Shown: positions 47,967 to 58,130 of the stretch, one piece after another
How positions within the stretch are numbered: position 1 is the first letter of the stretch
Layout: each line of letters begins with the position of its first letter
From: a virus
Lineage: Duplodnaviria; Caudoviricetes
Direction: 5' to 3' (one strand)
Virus record (IMG/VR): IMGVR_UViG_3300046463_000579
Span: 943 to 64,942 of that record
Length of the DNA: 64,000 nucleotides
The notes under the pieces: model-generated
Database searches by the model: none
What the model saw: the letters and a program-made list of their open reading frames with translations, nothing else
Told to the model about the DNA's origin: nothing
Translations under genes and position numbers: made by a program

Positions 47967-48287
47967 CTACGCATCCAGCCGCGGCGCCACATAGCGCAGC
48001 GTAAAAACCAGCACAGTACGGCCGCGCGCTTCAGGCCGCGTCGACACAATTCGGCCAATTGGCTCGAAGCTGTGCTCTTGAAACACCTTCCCATAGAGAT
48101 TTAACGGCAACCCTTCCGGCAAAGGACAAAGCCTACGAATATCGTCGATCGTGACTACGATATTTTCAGTGCAGATTCGCTTTCCTACCCTTCTCGCTTC
48201 CTCAAGCCAACGACCATTAGGCGTGTCCAGGTCGCGACGGCGACGAGCTCGGGGCTCTTTAAAAGCTAGGGAAAGCTGCTCAAGCAT
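47967..48287 (-). CDS. Hypothetical protein
   Basis: AT-richer ORF coupled to the XRE gene. Confidence 0.55.
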   Translation of the reverse strand: MLEQLSLAFKEPRARRRRDLDTPNGRWLEEARRVGKRICTENIVVTIDDIRRLCPLPEGLPLNLYGKVFQEHSFEPIGRIVSTRPEARGRTVLVFTLRYVAPRLDA

Positions 48288-48741
48288 TGGCTTCTTCGTC
48301 CTCGACCAATTCAGCGAGGGGCGCATTTAGGCAAATTGCCGCGCGCCTCAATTGATCCTTCTCTAGCATTTGGACGCCCATCTCATGCCACTTTATTTCT
48401 GCGGGCGTCGCACGGATCTCTTTGCCTAGAATTTCGACTTTCATCGTGGCGCGGATCCGATATAAAGCGAAGCGCTCCCCTCGCTTTATATCTTCCTCTC
48501 TGATCGTTAGAAGATCACCCGGGGGGATATTCATGATTCGAGCTGCTTCAGCTATTTGGTCGGCGCGCAGCATACGCGCGCCAGCCTCGTGCCACCGTAG
48601 AGTGTTCATCGAGACGTTAAGCTGCTTGGAGAGCTCCGATAGCGTTACCTTGCACCCGTATCGGTTGCGCGCGGCTTGGAACCGCGCTCCAAGCTTCGCG
48701 GCGAGCGGGCTCGCCGCCTCTGGCTTAGTTGCGTGTGTCAA
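48280..48741 (-). CDS. XRE-family transcriptional regulator with tandem HTH halves
   Basis: TLSELSKQLNVSMNTLRWHEAG; second copy KWHEMG. Confidence 0.75.
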   Translation of the reverse strand: MTHATKPEAASPLAAKLGARFQAARNRYGCKVTLSELSKQLNVSMNTLRWHEAGARMLRADQIAEAARIMNIPPGDLLTIREEDIKRGERFALYRIRATMKVEILGKEIRATPAEIKWHEMGVQMLEKDQLRRAAICLNAPLAELVEDEEANA

Positions 48742-49909
48742 ATGTCACTCCCTGCTCTATCAGTAGTTTTTCAACTTGTTTTGCGGCGCCACTGGCTCGG
48801 GCCACTTCAAAGAACTCGGCAAACTGGTCGACGAATTCCTGTTTTACTTTTGGATCTGCAATTTTCGGGAGAGTGACGGAGAGCCAACTGAACGCCGGCA
48901 TCCACTTCCCACCTTCCCTAAATTGTCGGGCGGCTGCTGCTGGCATGGTCATAGACGCACCAATCAGATCATCACCGTCCGTCGTTTGTTGTTTTGCACC
49001 GCTTGTTGGGGCGATTCTATCTGCTTCTAAATCAATGTTGCTGTTTACTTCTTTACCTTCGCGGACATTTGTTGTACGGGTTTTTACCGTCTGTTGGGAA
49101 TCGGACGCTTTTTCCGCTTTACCCGGCGCCGGATCCGCCTTTTTGCCGGCAAAGGCGTCCAGCGTGCTCGCCGTGGCCTTTCCGGAGATCGAGCGCTGTT
49201 GTTTCGGTGCCACGCGGCCGGCGCCCTCGACCTCTTCGGCCTCGCCCATATCGACGTAGTCCATCGCTTCCTCTGCCACTTTGAAGCCGCGCATCACATC
49301 GGCGAAGCCGTCGCGCAGCGTGAAAGCACGCGCGCGCATCTTGCACATACGCTTCGGCGCCGTCTGCCACGGGCCGGTCTTCGTGAGCAGGGCCGCCTTC
49401 GCCGCGTCCTCGAGCGTGAACGTGTTCTCGATCGGCTCGGGCCGGCCGCGGCGCAGCGCCGTGCATTTCCAGCCTTCGAATTTGCCCGCGCCGTCGAAGA
49501 GCTCGATCTCTTTGAAATCCTCGACCAGACCGCTCGAGAGCACCACGCCCAGCGCGCCGTCGCCCCACAGGCTCGGCATGCCATTGATCACGGCGATGGA
49601 TTGGACCGCCGCCATCGGCGTGAGCCCCACCTCGAGCCCCTGCATGATCGCGATCGCGATCTTTTCCGGCGAGTAGCCAAGGCTCGGATTCGAGGAATTG
49701 ACGAGGTAGCTCTTCGGCGCCCAGCCGGCGATCGCGATCAGCTTGGCGAGGCGGAAAGCCTCGTCCATCGTCTGCGGGATGATCGCGCTGATCATGCCGC
49801 CCGCCTTCATGCCGGAAAGCGCGCCGCTCGGCTTGTGCGCCGGCAGCGAGGGCTCTGCCCCTTGCGGGGCGTCGAGGGTTTGCGGTGCTTCGATCGTTTG
49901 GGTATTCAT
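48725..49909 (-). CDS. recT: RecT-family single-strand annealing protein
   Basis: AIMQGLEVGLTPMAAVQSIAVING.PSLWGD...GPWQTAPKRM...RARAFTLRDGFADV. Confidence 0.88.
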   Translation of the reverse strand: MNTQTIEAPQTLDAPQGAEPSLPAHKPSGALSGMKAGGMISAIIPQTMDEAFRLAKLIAIAGWAPKSYLVNSSNPSLGYSPEKIAIAIMQGLEVGLTPMAAVQSIAVINGMPSLWGDGALGVVLSSGLVEDFKEIELFDGAGKFEGWKCTALRRGRPEPIENTFTLEDAAKAALLTKTGPWQTAPKRMCKMRARAFTLRDGFADVMRGFKVAEEAMDYVDMGEAEEVEGAGRVAPKQQRSISGKATASTLDAFAGKKADPAPGKAEKASDSQQTVKTRTTNVREGKEVNSNIDLEADRIAPTSGAKQQTTDGDDLIGASMTMPAAAARQFREGGKWMPAFSWLSVTLPKIADPKVKQEFVDQFAEFFEVARASGAAKQVEKLLIEQGVTFDTRN

Positions 49910-50991
49910 GCTGCCACCTCTTCGTGATATTGCGGCGCTGCGGCCGGGGCTTTCTTCGTCGTCTTCTTCGGCGCCTTGGGCGGCTTCAGCTTCGAGAGCG
50001 TGAGCCGCAAGCGCCACGTTTTTCCCTCGACATACTTCGGCTCAGACCAGCCGGCCGGCCGGGTGTAGCTGGGCCACGTGCAGCGGTGCTCGTCGGTAAC
50101 GAGCACGGTGGACTCGTCGGTGAACTGGACCGCGATCTGCGCCTTGATGTTCTCCGCGCGCTTCGTGAGCCGCTTGATCACGCCGTCCCAGCGGTTGAAG
50201 CGCCGGATCAGCACGTCGAGCTCGGGCATGCCGTGGCGCTCGACCGTCTTGTCCTTCAGGCCGTTCGCGTGCGTTTCCTTCACCGTGTCGAAATCCGCGA
50301 GCCACGTGGGGACGATGCCTTCGGCCGCTGCCGCCCAAAACGCGAGGATCGCTTCAGCAATGCGCTCCTGCGTGGGCTCGTGGCGATCGATCCGGCCGCG
50401 ATACAGCTTGTTGCCGCCCACGCACGCCACGATGTAGCCGTGATCCGCGCCGCTCGCGCCGATCTCGTGCTGCACCTGAATCTGATACTGCAAGGGCATG
50501 CCGACGATCTGATCGTCCTCGTCAAGCTCCCATTTGTCCTTGAACATGCCGTAATCGATGTTCTTGAACTCGACCGGCGGCCGACCTGGCACGTTGATCT
50601 CGTAGTCGAGCGAGGCGCCCCAGCCCATCACATCGTCGTGCGTCATGTAACGGCGCACCTTTTGCAGCTTGTCCCACTGCCACCGATCCTTAGCCCATGC
50701 GGCGATCGCCGGCTCGAGGAACTTGCCCGCCTGCACACGATCGCTCTCGCCGAAGTCTTCCGGCATCAGCAGGCCGCCTTTTTCCATATACATGCGGTAT
50801 CCGGTGCGGAAGCTCCCCAAGCACCCCAGCACCTCGTCGCCCTCGTTGAACGACTCAAACATGTGCCGCACCACGATCTCGCCATTCGGCAGAAGCCACT
50901 CATAGAAGAGGCTCGTGATTTCCGAACCCCCGATGTGCTGCTCTCGAATGGCGAGCCATTCGGCCTCATTGTTCACTGTGATGTTTGCCAT
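49906..50991 (-). CDS. YqaJ-like (lambda-exo family) exonuclease
   Basis: EWLAIREQHIGGSE...GASLD...VEFK...YQIQVQH. Confidence 0.88.
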   Translation of the reverse strand: MANITVNNEAEWLAIREQHIGGSEITSLFYEWLLPNGEIVVRHMFESFNEGDEVLGCLGSFRTGYRMYMEKGGLLMPEDFGESDRVQAGKFLEPAIAAWAKDRWQWDKLQKVRRYMTHDDVMGWGASLDYEINVPGRPPVEFKNIDYGMFKDKWELDEDDQIVGMPLQYQIQVQHEIGASGADHGYIVACVGGNKLYRGRIDRHEPTQERIAEAILAFWAAAAEGIVPTWLADFDTVKETHANGLKDKTVERHGMPELDVLIRRFNRWDGVIKRLTKRAENIKAQIAVQFTDESTVLVTDEHRCTWPSYTRPAGWSEPKYVEGKTWRLRLTLSKLKPPKAPKKTTKKAPAAAPQYHEEVAA

Positions 50992-51023
50992 TTTGTTCCC
51001 CGTTTGGTTGTGTTGGCGAGAGA

Positions 51024-51052
51024 ATTATGTCGCCCGGGTGATAAAAACGCAA
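51024..51052 (-). promoter_or_regulatory. Leftward promoter with box B in the spacer
   Basis: Minus strand TTGCGT-TTTTATCACCCGGGCGA-CATAAT. Confidence 0.65.
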
Positions 51053-51144
51053 GTCACAAAACAACGTACCTGACACTTTTTTGCGTTACTTAGTCATAGA
51101 TCGAGGTGTATGATTCGCCTCGTTGTAACCCTAGACATAACGCG

Positions 51145-51507
51145 ATGAAAGCTGCCGACTATCTGCAACAGATCAGGGGTCATAAGCCCCGAAAGTACAA
51201 AAACACCGTTACGCATGTAGCGGGGGAAAAATTCGACTCAAAGAAGGAGGCCAAGAGGTACGGTGAGCTCAAATGGCTCGAGCATTCGGGGAAGATTGCC
51301 GACCTGCGAACGCAAGTGCGTATTGATTGCCGCGTAAACGGCGCTAAGATCACGACCTACGTCGCAGACTTCCAATATCGCCTCATCGAGCGAAACGTCC
51401 TGATCACCGAAGATGTGAAAAGCGACGCGACCCGGAAGCTCCCTGTCTATCGCCTCAAAAAGAAGCTCGTGCTTGCTTGCACGGGCATCGTGATCTCCGA
51501 AATCTGA
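51145..51507 (+). CDS. DUF1064-family endonuclease
   Basis: KYKN...FDSKKEA.RY..L...YVADF.Y...EDVKS...YRLKKKL. Confidence 0.88.
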   Translation: MKAADYLQQIRGHKPRKYKNTVTHVAGEKFDSKKEAKRYGELKWLEHSGKIADLRTQVRIDCRVNGAKITTYVADFQYRLIERNVLITEDVKSDATRKLPVYRLKKKLVLACTGIVISEI

Positions 51508-51642
51508 GATCTAGACATCGTTAGCCGCCGGCGCCGCGTGCGTCAGGTGCGGAACTTCCGTGGAGCAGTGAACAGTGCAAGTGCAAAAAAACAACAGGGC
51601 AGGCATGCCCTCGGCATCGCTATGTCTGGGCGAGGTGCGCCC

Positions 51643-52836
51643 ATGATCATTCGCGGCCCGCGTCCAGAATCCAGCTTCTACACACTCGACAAACGCATCA
51701 GCGAAGACCTTCGCCTCTCATGGGCGGCTCGAGGTCTGCTGATCTATTTGCTCGGCAAGCCTGACGGCTGGGAAGTGAGCGTGCAGGCGCTCGTGAACGA
51801 AACCCAGCATTGCATTCGAGGCGAAGGCCTCGAGCCCGGGGCAGCGAACCCGGGGCACACGAAACGCGATGGCGTGAAGGCGATCCTCTCGGAGCTCATG
51901 AAAGCCGGCTATTTGAAGCGCGGCGAGAAGCCTCGCCACAATCCTGATGGCACGATGGCCGGCTACGATTACTTCGTTTCTGAAGTGCCTTCAATCCCTG
52001 CCCCTTTGCGGGACAAGGGTTTCCGGGCAGCTTTAACTTCAACTTCACCATCACCGGATCAGCCGGCGACGGTTCAACCGTCGCCGGTTCAACCGTCGCC
52101 GGTTCATCCGACACAAGTAAGTACTGAATTTGAAGTAAAGACTGAAGTTAAGCAAAACACCGTAAACCCTTCTTCACCGGCTGCGCCGGCGAAGGCCGAT
52201 GCGGCGCAAGGCAATGAAAAAAGCAGCGAGGCGTACCCCGCTGATTTCGAGCTCTTCTGGCAGGCTTACCCGCGCAAGCAGGGAAAGCTCGTTGCTTTCA
52301 AACGCTGGAAACAGGCGATCAAGATCATCGGCGGCAAGCGGGCCGATGCGATCGGCACCCTGCTCGCCGGCGCCATGCGCTACGCCAAGGCAACCGCGAC
52401 GATCGAGCGGCGGCTCGTGAAGATGGCCGAAGGCTGGCTGAATGACGGCCGCTGGGATGACGAAGAGACGCCCGAAGCCGGGGGCCAGGTCGTTTGGTGG
52501 ACGAACACGCCGGGGATCGAGGCCAAGGGCAAAGAGCTCAACCTGCACCGCAAGCCCGACGAAGCGCCCGCGGCCTTCAAGCTGCGCGTGCTCGTTGCTG
52601 CCGGCCCGGGCAAGTGGCAGGACGACGAGGTCGCCAAAGCGGAGCGCGACAACGCCTTCGGCTACGTGGCGCACCTGAAAAAGCTCTTCGGCTGGGCGGA
52701 TATCGAAGCACCGGCCGCGGCGCCCGCGCCAGCACCGGCGCCCCTTCCGCGCGCAGAGCCGGCGATGAAAAGCGCGCCGACCGCGGGCTTCAAAACCGCC
52801 CTCGCCGTGCTGAAATCGCAGAACGCGGTGAAGTAG
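51643..52836 (+). CDS. Replication initiator (lambda O-like, N-terminal HTH)
   Basis: RLSWAARGLLIYLLGKPDGW; FELFWQAYPRKQGK..AFKRW...WLNDGRWDDE; internal iterons. Confidence 0.8.
   Translation: MIIRGPRPESSFYTLDKRISEDLRLSWAARGLLIYLLGKPDGWEVSVQALVNETQHCIRGEGLEPGAANPGHTKRDGVKAILSELMKAGYLKRGEKPRHNPDGTMAGYDYFVSEVPSIPAPLRDKGFRAALTSTSPSPDQPATVQPSPVQPSPVHPTQVSTEFEVKTEVKQNTVNPSSPAAPAKADAAQGNEKSSEAYPADFELFWQAYPRKQGKLVAFKRWKQAIKIIGGKRADAIGTLLAGAMRYAKATATIERRLVKMAEGWLNDGRWDDEETPEAGGQVVWWTNTPGIEAKGKELNLHRKPDEAPAAFKLRVLVAAGPGKWQDDEVAKAERDNAFGYVAHLKKLFGWADIEAPAAAPAPAPAPLPRAEPAMKSAPTAGFKTALAVLKSQNAVK
52048..52107 (+). repeat. Four 15-bp iteron-like repeats (candidate origin) followed by an AT-rich tract
   Basis: CCATCACCGGATCAG, CCGGCGACGGTTCAA, CCGTCGCCGGTTCAA, CCGTCGCCGGTTCAT; AT-rich at about 52110-52160. 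Confidence 0.7.
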
Positions 52837-52920
52837 GCGGGATTTTTCGGCAGGGATAGGGCAAATCGGCCCGCCCTGCCGCTTTCGCCCCTTCGGCAGT
52901 GCGCAGGTAGCCAGAAAAGC

Positions 52921-52946
52921 AAAAAGCCCCTTGTCGGGGCTTTTAT
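52921..52946. terminator. Bidirectional terminator
   Basis: AAAAGCCCC-TTGTC-GGGGCTTTT. Confidence 0.75.
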
Positions 52947-52988
52947 GGGCTTCAGGTGATTATCGGGCTTCGGCTTCTGTCTGCCCGC

Positions 52989-53453
52989 TCACACTTTCGC
53001 AGTGGTTTTTCGCTTCGCCGGGGCTTTCCGGGCCTTCACATCGCGGAACTCGAGCTGCACGTCGCGCGGGGCGTCCTCGATATCGGGCAGGGCCCAGCCG
53101 GGCGTGCGGTACGAAGGCGCGCGGCGTGCGGGCTTCCGGTCGTACCGGCCAAGCTGGTAGTCCATCATCACCGTCCACACGCCCATGTAGGCATCGTGGC
53201 GCGCGTCGTCTTTCACGCTGCCCTTGAAATTGCCGTAATCGATCCGGCTGATCTCGAGGGCGATCGTCGAGGCCACGAGCTCGCGCGGGATCTCCGCGCG
53301 GAACGCGTAGTCGGTACCGCCGTCCGCTTTGCCCTTGAAGCCCGGAAACACGGCTTCGATTTCGCCGGCGCGGCGTGCGCGCACCATCAAGCACTTTTGA
53401 TCGCGGGCCTTGTCGACGATCGAGAGGAAGGCCTTATTGAGCATGATCCACAT
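52989..53453 (-). CDS. Hypothetical phage protein
   Basis: AGGAG RBS; MWI....FLSIV...VRARR...TDY.FR...IDYGNFK. Confidence 0.65.
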   Translation of the reverse strand: MWIMLNKAFLSIVDKARDQKCLMVRARRAGEIEAVFPGFKGKADGGTDYAFRAEIPRELVASTIALEISRIDYGNFKGSVKDDARHDAYMGVWTVMMDYQLGRYDRKPARRAPSYRTPGWALPDIEDAPRDVQLEFRDVKARKAPAKRKTTAKV

Positions 53454-53468
53454 TTTATTTTTCTCCTG

Positions 53469-53980
53469 TTATCGGGTTTTCACTGCAACGATGAAGATGC
53501 GGGCGACGCCCTCCATCGTGCGGGTGCTGTCGAAGAGCTCGCGCCACGCTGCGTCCACGGTGCGAGCTCGAATCACTACCTGTTCAACCGATTCGCCGTC
53601 ATGGCTGGCGAATCCGAAAGTAACGAGCAGCGAGGCGTTCATCGTTACTGATGCGGCTCGAGGATCGCCGCGATCGCGGCCGGATCGCCGATGCGGGCGA
53701 AGGTGGCGAAGCGGTTGCCCTGCACGGTCCAGTCGGCCGTCCAGTGCGCCGGCATCACGCCTTCCGGATACCCGGCTTCGTGCCCCATGTGCGCGGTGGT
53801 GAACCAGATGCACGCGCCGGCCTCTTCGCTGCGGATCTCGTGCGACGTGCTCACGTTGCGCTCGAGCAGCCGGAACACCTCGCCGTGGCACACGACCAGA
53901 TCGCCGACCGCCAGGTCGTGCGTGTTCACGAGCTCGAGCTCGCCGCGCTTCAGGGTGATTTGCTTGATGGTGGTTTGCAT
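53469..53980 (-). CDS. Two small hypothetical genes (53645-53980, 53469-53642)
   Basis: AGGAG RBS; downstream of a leftward promoter at about 54031-54060. Confidence 0.5.
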
Positions 53981-54063
53981 CGCCTGCTCTCCTGTTTTTT
54001 GTGGCGCCCAATGAAAAAGGGCATGACTGGACAATAGCGTCCAGATCATGCCCCTTGCAAGTC

Positions 54064-54087
54064 TTTTTATCACCCAAGTGATAAAAA
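54064..54087. promoter_or_regulatory. Box B operator palindrome
   Basis: TTTTTATCAC-CCAA-GTGATAAAAA next to minus-strand TTGCAA-18nt-TATTGT. Confidence 0.7.
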
Positions 54088-54113
54088 ATGTTAGCTGCCG
54101 TTACTTCAGGTGA

Positions 54114-54305
54114 CTATTTTCGCGGTTCCTTGGTGATCTCGAGCGGGTTGATCGGCGTGTGCCCGCGGATCAGGATCTCGAGCGTGCTGAAGCGCTCGCC
54201 GCACGTGTCGTCCGTGCACACGCGCCGGCGGCGCACCTCACCTCGCGGCCCGGTCGGCAGCGATTCGATCACACGGGTTTTCTCGTCGCATTTCGGGCAT
54301 CGCAT
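54114..54305 (-). CDS. NrdR-type zinc-ribbon small protein
   Basis: MRCPKC...TRVIES...VRRRRVC....CGERFSTLE. Confidence 0.75.
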   Translation of the reverse strand: MRCPKCDEKTRVIESLPTGPRGEVRRRRVCTDDTCGERFSTLEILIRGHTPINPLEITKEPRK

Positions 54306-54454
54306 CAGGTTCTCTCCTGCAAAAGCTCACCGACTCGCGTAGCACGTGCTCGGCGTATCCGGGCCTTTCGGCAGGTGCGGATAGACGAGCGCGAGCACGA
54401 CGAGCCATGCCGATATCAGAGCGATATCGAAACGATATTTACGCAGCATAGACC

Positions 54455-56085
54455 TCATGCTGCTTTCGCCATCGGCTCGAAGGCGCCGATCCGATCGAGG
54501 TACGCCGCCAGCTTGGCCGTGTCCTCGGGCGAGAGCTCGATTGACTTGCCGCCGGCGCGCACGAGCAGGCGATCGTCGTCGAAGAGCGCGCACGAGAACT
54601 TGTGCTCGGTCGGCACGGCCTTTTCCTTATCCTTCCGGTCATAGACGCCGCGGGGCATGGTGGTTTCCTTTGAAGTAGCGGCCGGCTTCGCTTTGCGCGC
54701 CGGCGTGGGTTTCGTGGTTTTCACTGCTTCGACAGGGGTGCTTTCCGAAGGTACGGCTTCTGAAGAGGGTGCGGCGGGCGCCGGCGCGACCGGGCCGGCG
54801 ACGATGGTATGCACGTTCGCCGCGGCCAGCTCGTCGGCGCTCAGGGGCTTGGGCTCGTTGCGCGGCTTCGCGCCTGCCGGCGACACCGGCTCGGGCCGAC
54901 GCAGCGGCGCATCGGGCGGCAGCAGCGGGCGCTCGTTGTAGTCGTGCGTCACCGTGTACAGGCGCACGGGCTTATTCGAGAGCGGGCGCTGCCGGACAGC
55001 CATCGTGAGCCAGCCGCTCGTCACGTAGCGATCGAGCGTGCGGTGCACGAGCTCGACCTCGATATCGTGCTCGGCTGCGATCTCAACGTCGAGCAGCTCC
55101 GTGCGCGGCGCGCGCTGCACGGTGGCGAAAAGCTGGTTGCTCAGTTGCAGCGCGTAGTTCGGACGGTACTTGCTCATGCTGCCAGTGCCTCAGTTTCGAT
55201 TGTGTAGAACTCACCGGCGTCGCGGCGCTCGTGGATGATCTTTTGCGCCTCGCGAAGCTGCCCCTGCGTGACGAGCTCGAGCTGCTGGTCGTGCAGCTCG
55301 AGCATCATGCGAATGTCGCCGATGCTCGGGCCGCTCAAACCCCAGCGGCCGGTTTTGGCGCCGCGGGCCTGCGCCTCGACGAGCCCGCGGCGCGCGCGCT
55401 GCGGGATATCGATGTACTCCGCCCCGACGCCCAGCTCGCAGAGCACAAGCGCGTAGTTCAGCGAGCACGCGAGGTTGTGATAGTGGTCTTCGTTCCCGTG
55501 CCCGCGCATCATCGCCTCGAGGGCGAGGTACGCGGAGACGGAGATTTCGACGACCTGGCGCTTGTCCATCGGCCGGCGAGCGGTCACGCGCTGCTCTTGC
55601 GCGTAGATCCGCATCGCCCGGTTGACGACGCTGTGCTTCTTTCGGGGCTTCTTGTTACCGGGCATTGCTCAGACTCCAACTCCGTGTGCGAAAAGATCTC
55701 GAGCTCGAGCGCGCAGGCGTGCCGCCGAATCGCGATACGCCGCGCCGGCCGTGCCGCCGATCGCGTCGGCCGTTTGCTCGAGGTGTTCAGCCGCAGCGAT
55801 CCAGCCGCGCAGCTCGGCCGCTTTCTCGGGCGGCAGCGCGACGTGCTCGCCTTTCTTCGGCGCGTGTGAGGGGTGCGCGATGTAGCGCTCGCCAAGCCGC
55901 GCGATCGCATCGAGCCGCTTCTGCTCGAGCTTCGGATCGGCGAACGCGGCGCGCGGGGTCACGTGCGCCTCAAGCTGCGAGGCGGTTGCGATCTGGAAAG
56001 GCTCGCGGCGCGGGGCCTGCGCGCTCGGCAGCGGTTGCGCCTTCGGCGTGGGCTGGTGCAGAAACGGAAACATGGTTGTCAGCAT
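54455..56085 (-). CDS. Leftward hypothetical genes (54455-55177, 55174-55665, 55669-56085)
   Basis: Coupled ORFs; the first has a winged-helix-like N-terminus. Confidence 0.55.
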
Positions 56086-56210
56086 GGGAATCTCCGAGAG
56101 AAACGAGAACGACGATCACTCCAAAGGCGAAGGCGAAGACGGCGATGAACCATTCACGCTCGGTGAGGTTCAGCGCCGCGGCCACGCGATTGCGTTTAGC
56201 GGCGCGCATA

Positions 56211-57392
56211 TCAGGCCTCGACCGTTACTTTGTCGAGCACCTTGCCGGCCATCAGCTCGAGCACGAGGCGGCGGTCTTGATGCTCGGCGCGGCGCGCGTA
56301 CGCGGTGAGGGCCTGCGCGAAATCCCACGCGCTCGAGGGCGGCTCGCCCTCTTCTTCGAGTGCGTTCAGCATCACGGCCGTGGCCTGCTTGTCGGAAAGC
56401 CCCAGCTTGCGCAGGAACTCGCCGCGCTCTTCGCCGGTCTGCGCGAGGATCAGCTTCTTCGCGGCCTTAACGCCCTTGATCAGGTGCGCCGAACCCTTGT
56501 CGCTGAATTGCTCGAGCAGGGGCGCCGCTTGCGTGGCGAACTTTTCCGGGGCGCCGCTCGTGTGCTTGAAGGTGAGCTCGTTGAAGCCCTCCACGCCCCA
56601 CAAATTGCGGTTCTGACACACACCCCGCAAGTACATCGTCGCGATGCCGAAGCTGCGCTGCCCCACTTCCGAATTCCACACATAGAAGCCGCGGAACATC
56701 AGGTCGTCGTCGCCGTTCTTCAGCTTGCCGACGCAGATCGGGTGCAGATCGTCCACGAGGAACAGGAACACATCGCGATCGCTCGCGTAGAGCGTGGTGG
56801 TTTCCTTCGTGATATCCACGTTCGGGTTATAGGTCACGCCAAAGCGCGAGCCCCAATCGATCGTGCCCGGCACCTTCCAGTGCGTGTCGCCCGTGCCATT
56901 GCCGGCGATCTTCATTACCGCGTCCACCACATCGCGGTCGAAGATCCGGCCGTACTTCAGGCTCGTCACGCCGCGCACGAGGCGGCTCTCGCTTTCGATC
57001 TGATCGGCCGGCAGGCGCAGGTATGCGCCGACCGCCTTCTGCTCAGTGCGCGTGAGCCCGTAGTTCAGGTTCACCGCGGCCAGTGCGCCCGGAAGCGTCG
57101 CGAGGTAATCGGCCGGCGCCTTCGCGATCGAGCAGATCTGCTTGAAAGCGAAATTCGTGGGCGAGACCTTCGCATCACCCACCATCACCGACAAAGCCAA
57201 CGGATCGCTTGCATCGTGCACCGCCACCATTTCGGCCGGCTTCACAGCCGACACATAGCTTTCGTCGGCCCACTGCGCGACCTGGCTGCGCAGCTCGCCC
57301 AGCGAGAGGAATTTTTGATCGTCCGGGCGGCTCGCCCACTGCTGCGAAACCGTACCGATGCACTCGCCTTTGCTCACGTCAATGGTGTTCAT
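56211..57392 (-). CDS. DUF932-family protein
   Basis: QWASRPDDQKFLSL...TSLKYGRIFD...LYASDRDVFLFL...RGFYVWNSEVG...VCQNRNLWG. Confidence 0.8.
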   Translation of the reverse strand: MNTIDVSKGECIGTVSQQWASRPDDQKFLSLGELRSQVAQWADESYVSAVKPAEMVAVHDASDPLALSVMVGDAKVSPTNFAFKQICSIAKAPADYLATLPGALAAVNLNYGLTRTEQKAVGAYLRLPADQIESESRLVRGVTSLKYGRIFDRDVVDAVMKIAGNGTGDTHWKVPGTIDWGSRFGVTYNPNVDITKETTTLYASDRDVFLFLVDDLHPICVGKLKNGDDDLMFRGFYVWNSEVGQRSFGIATMYLRGVCQNRNLWGVEGFNELTFKHTSGAPEKFATQAAPLLEQFSDKGSAHLIKGVKAAKKLILAQTGEERGEFLRKLGLSDKQATAVMLNALEEEGEPPSSAWDFAQALTAYARRAEHQDRRLVLELMAGKVLDKVTVEA

Positions 57393-57447
57393 TTGCTGAT
57401 CATCCTTGTTTTTAGTTACTTGCCCAACCCGGGGCCAGTGATGAAAC

Positions 57448-57467
57448 TTTATCACCCCGGTGATAAA
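57448..57467. promoter_or_regulatory. Box B operator palindrome inside a leftward promoter
   Basis: TTTATCAC-CCCG-GTGATAAA; minus strand TTGCGT-16nt-TAAAGT. Confidence 0.7.
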
Positions 57468-57572
57468 ACGCAAGCGGTATTTAGCAAAACCCCGTCTTTG
57501 TGGGGGTTTTCGTACGAAATGCCACAGTGAAAGCTAGGGCTATGTGTTACGGTCTAAGCTCTTCAGTGCTCA

Positions 57573-58130
57573 ATGGCCGATCCAATGCGATCACAAGCTG
57601 TTGGAGTGATTCGGGTTGTGCCGGGTGCGTACGCGATTTCGAGAGGCAACTCTCGGGATCGCGGGCTCGGTTTCAAAGCGATCTCCGAAGCCGACCGACG
57701 CCGGCAACCTTTCTGCTCCCTTTGGCTTTCCTCACAGTGTTCTCGCACTGCCAAGCTGGAAGTCCATCACCTGATCCCGTACCGATTGACCGCCGATAAC
57801 AGGCCAAGCAACCGCATCGTCGTGTGCGGTTCGTGTCACCGGCGCGTCGAGGCCCTCACCGAAAAAATCGAGGCAATGGGTGCGCCGGAAAATCCTGAAG
57901 AGTTTTTTGCGCCGCTGATCGCGATGCTTCGCATGCGTCAGGCGTCCATCTTAGAAATGGCGCGCAGTGCGCTATTATCTCGCCAATACAATCACCTTGG
58001 CGAGAGTTTTGATGGAAGAAAATCAGCAGCCGTTGCTTGCGACGGACGATCCGGCGTTTACGGGCCTGCGCATCGTGTACATGAGGGCCGACGAGCTCGA
58101 GCCGTACACGAACAACGCGCGCACGCATAG
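57573..58130 (+). CDS. HNH endonuclease-like protein
   Basis: LEVHHLIP...DN..SN.IVVCGSCHRRVE; 3' end overlaps the MTase start. Confidence 0.6.
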   Translation: MADPMRSQAVGVIRVVPGAYAISRGNSRDRGLGFKAISEADRRRQPFCSLWLSSQCSRTAKLEVHHLIPYRLTADNRPSNRIVVCGSCHRRVEALTEKIEAMGAPENPEEFFAPLIAMLRMRQASILEMARSALLSRQYNHLGESFDGRKSAAVACDGRSGVYGPAHRVHEGRRARAVHEQRAHA

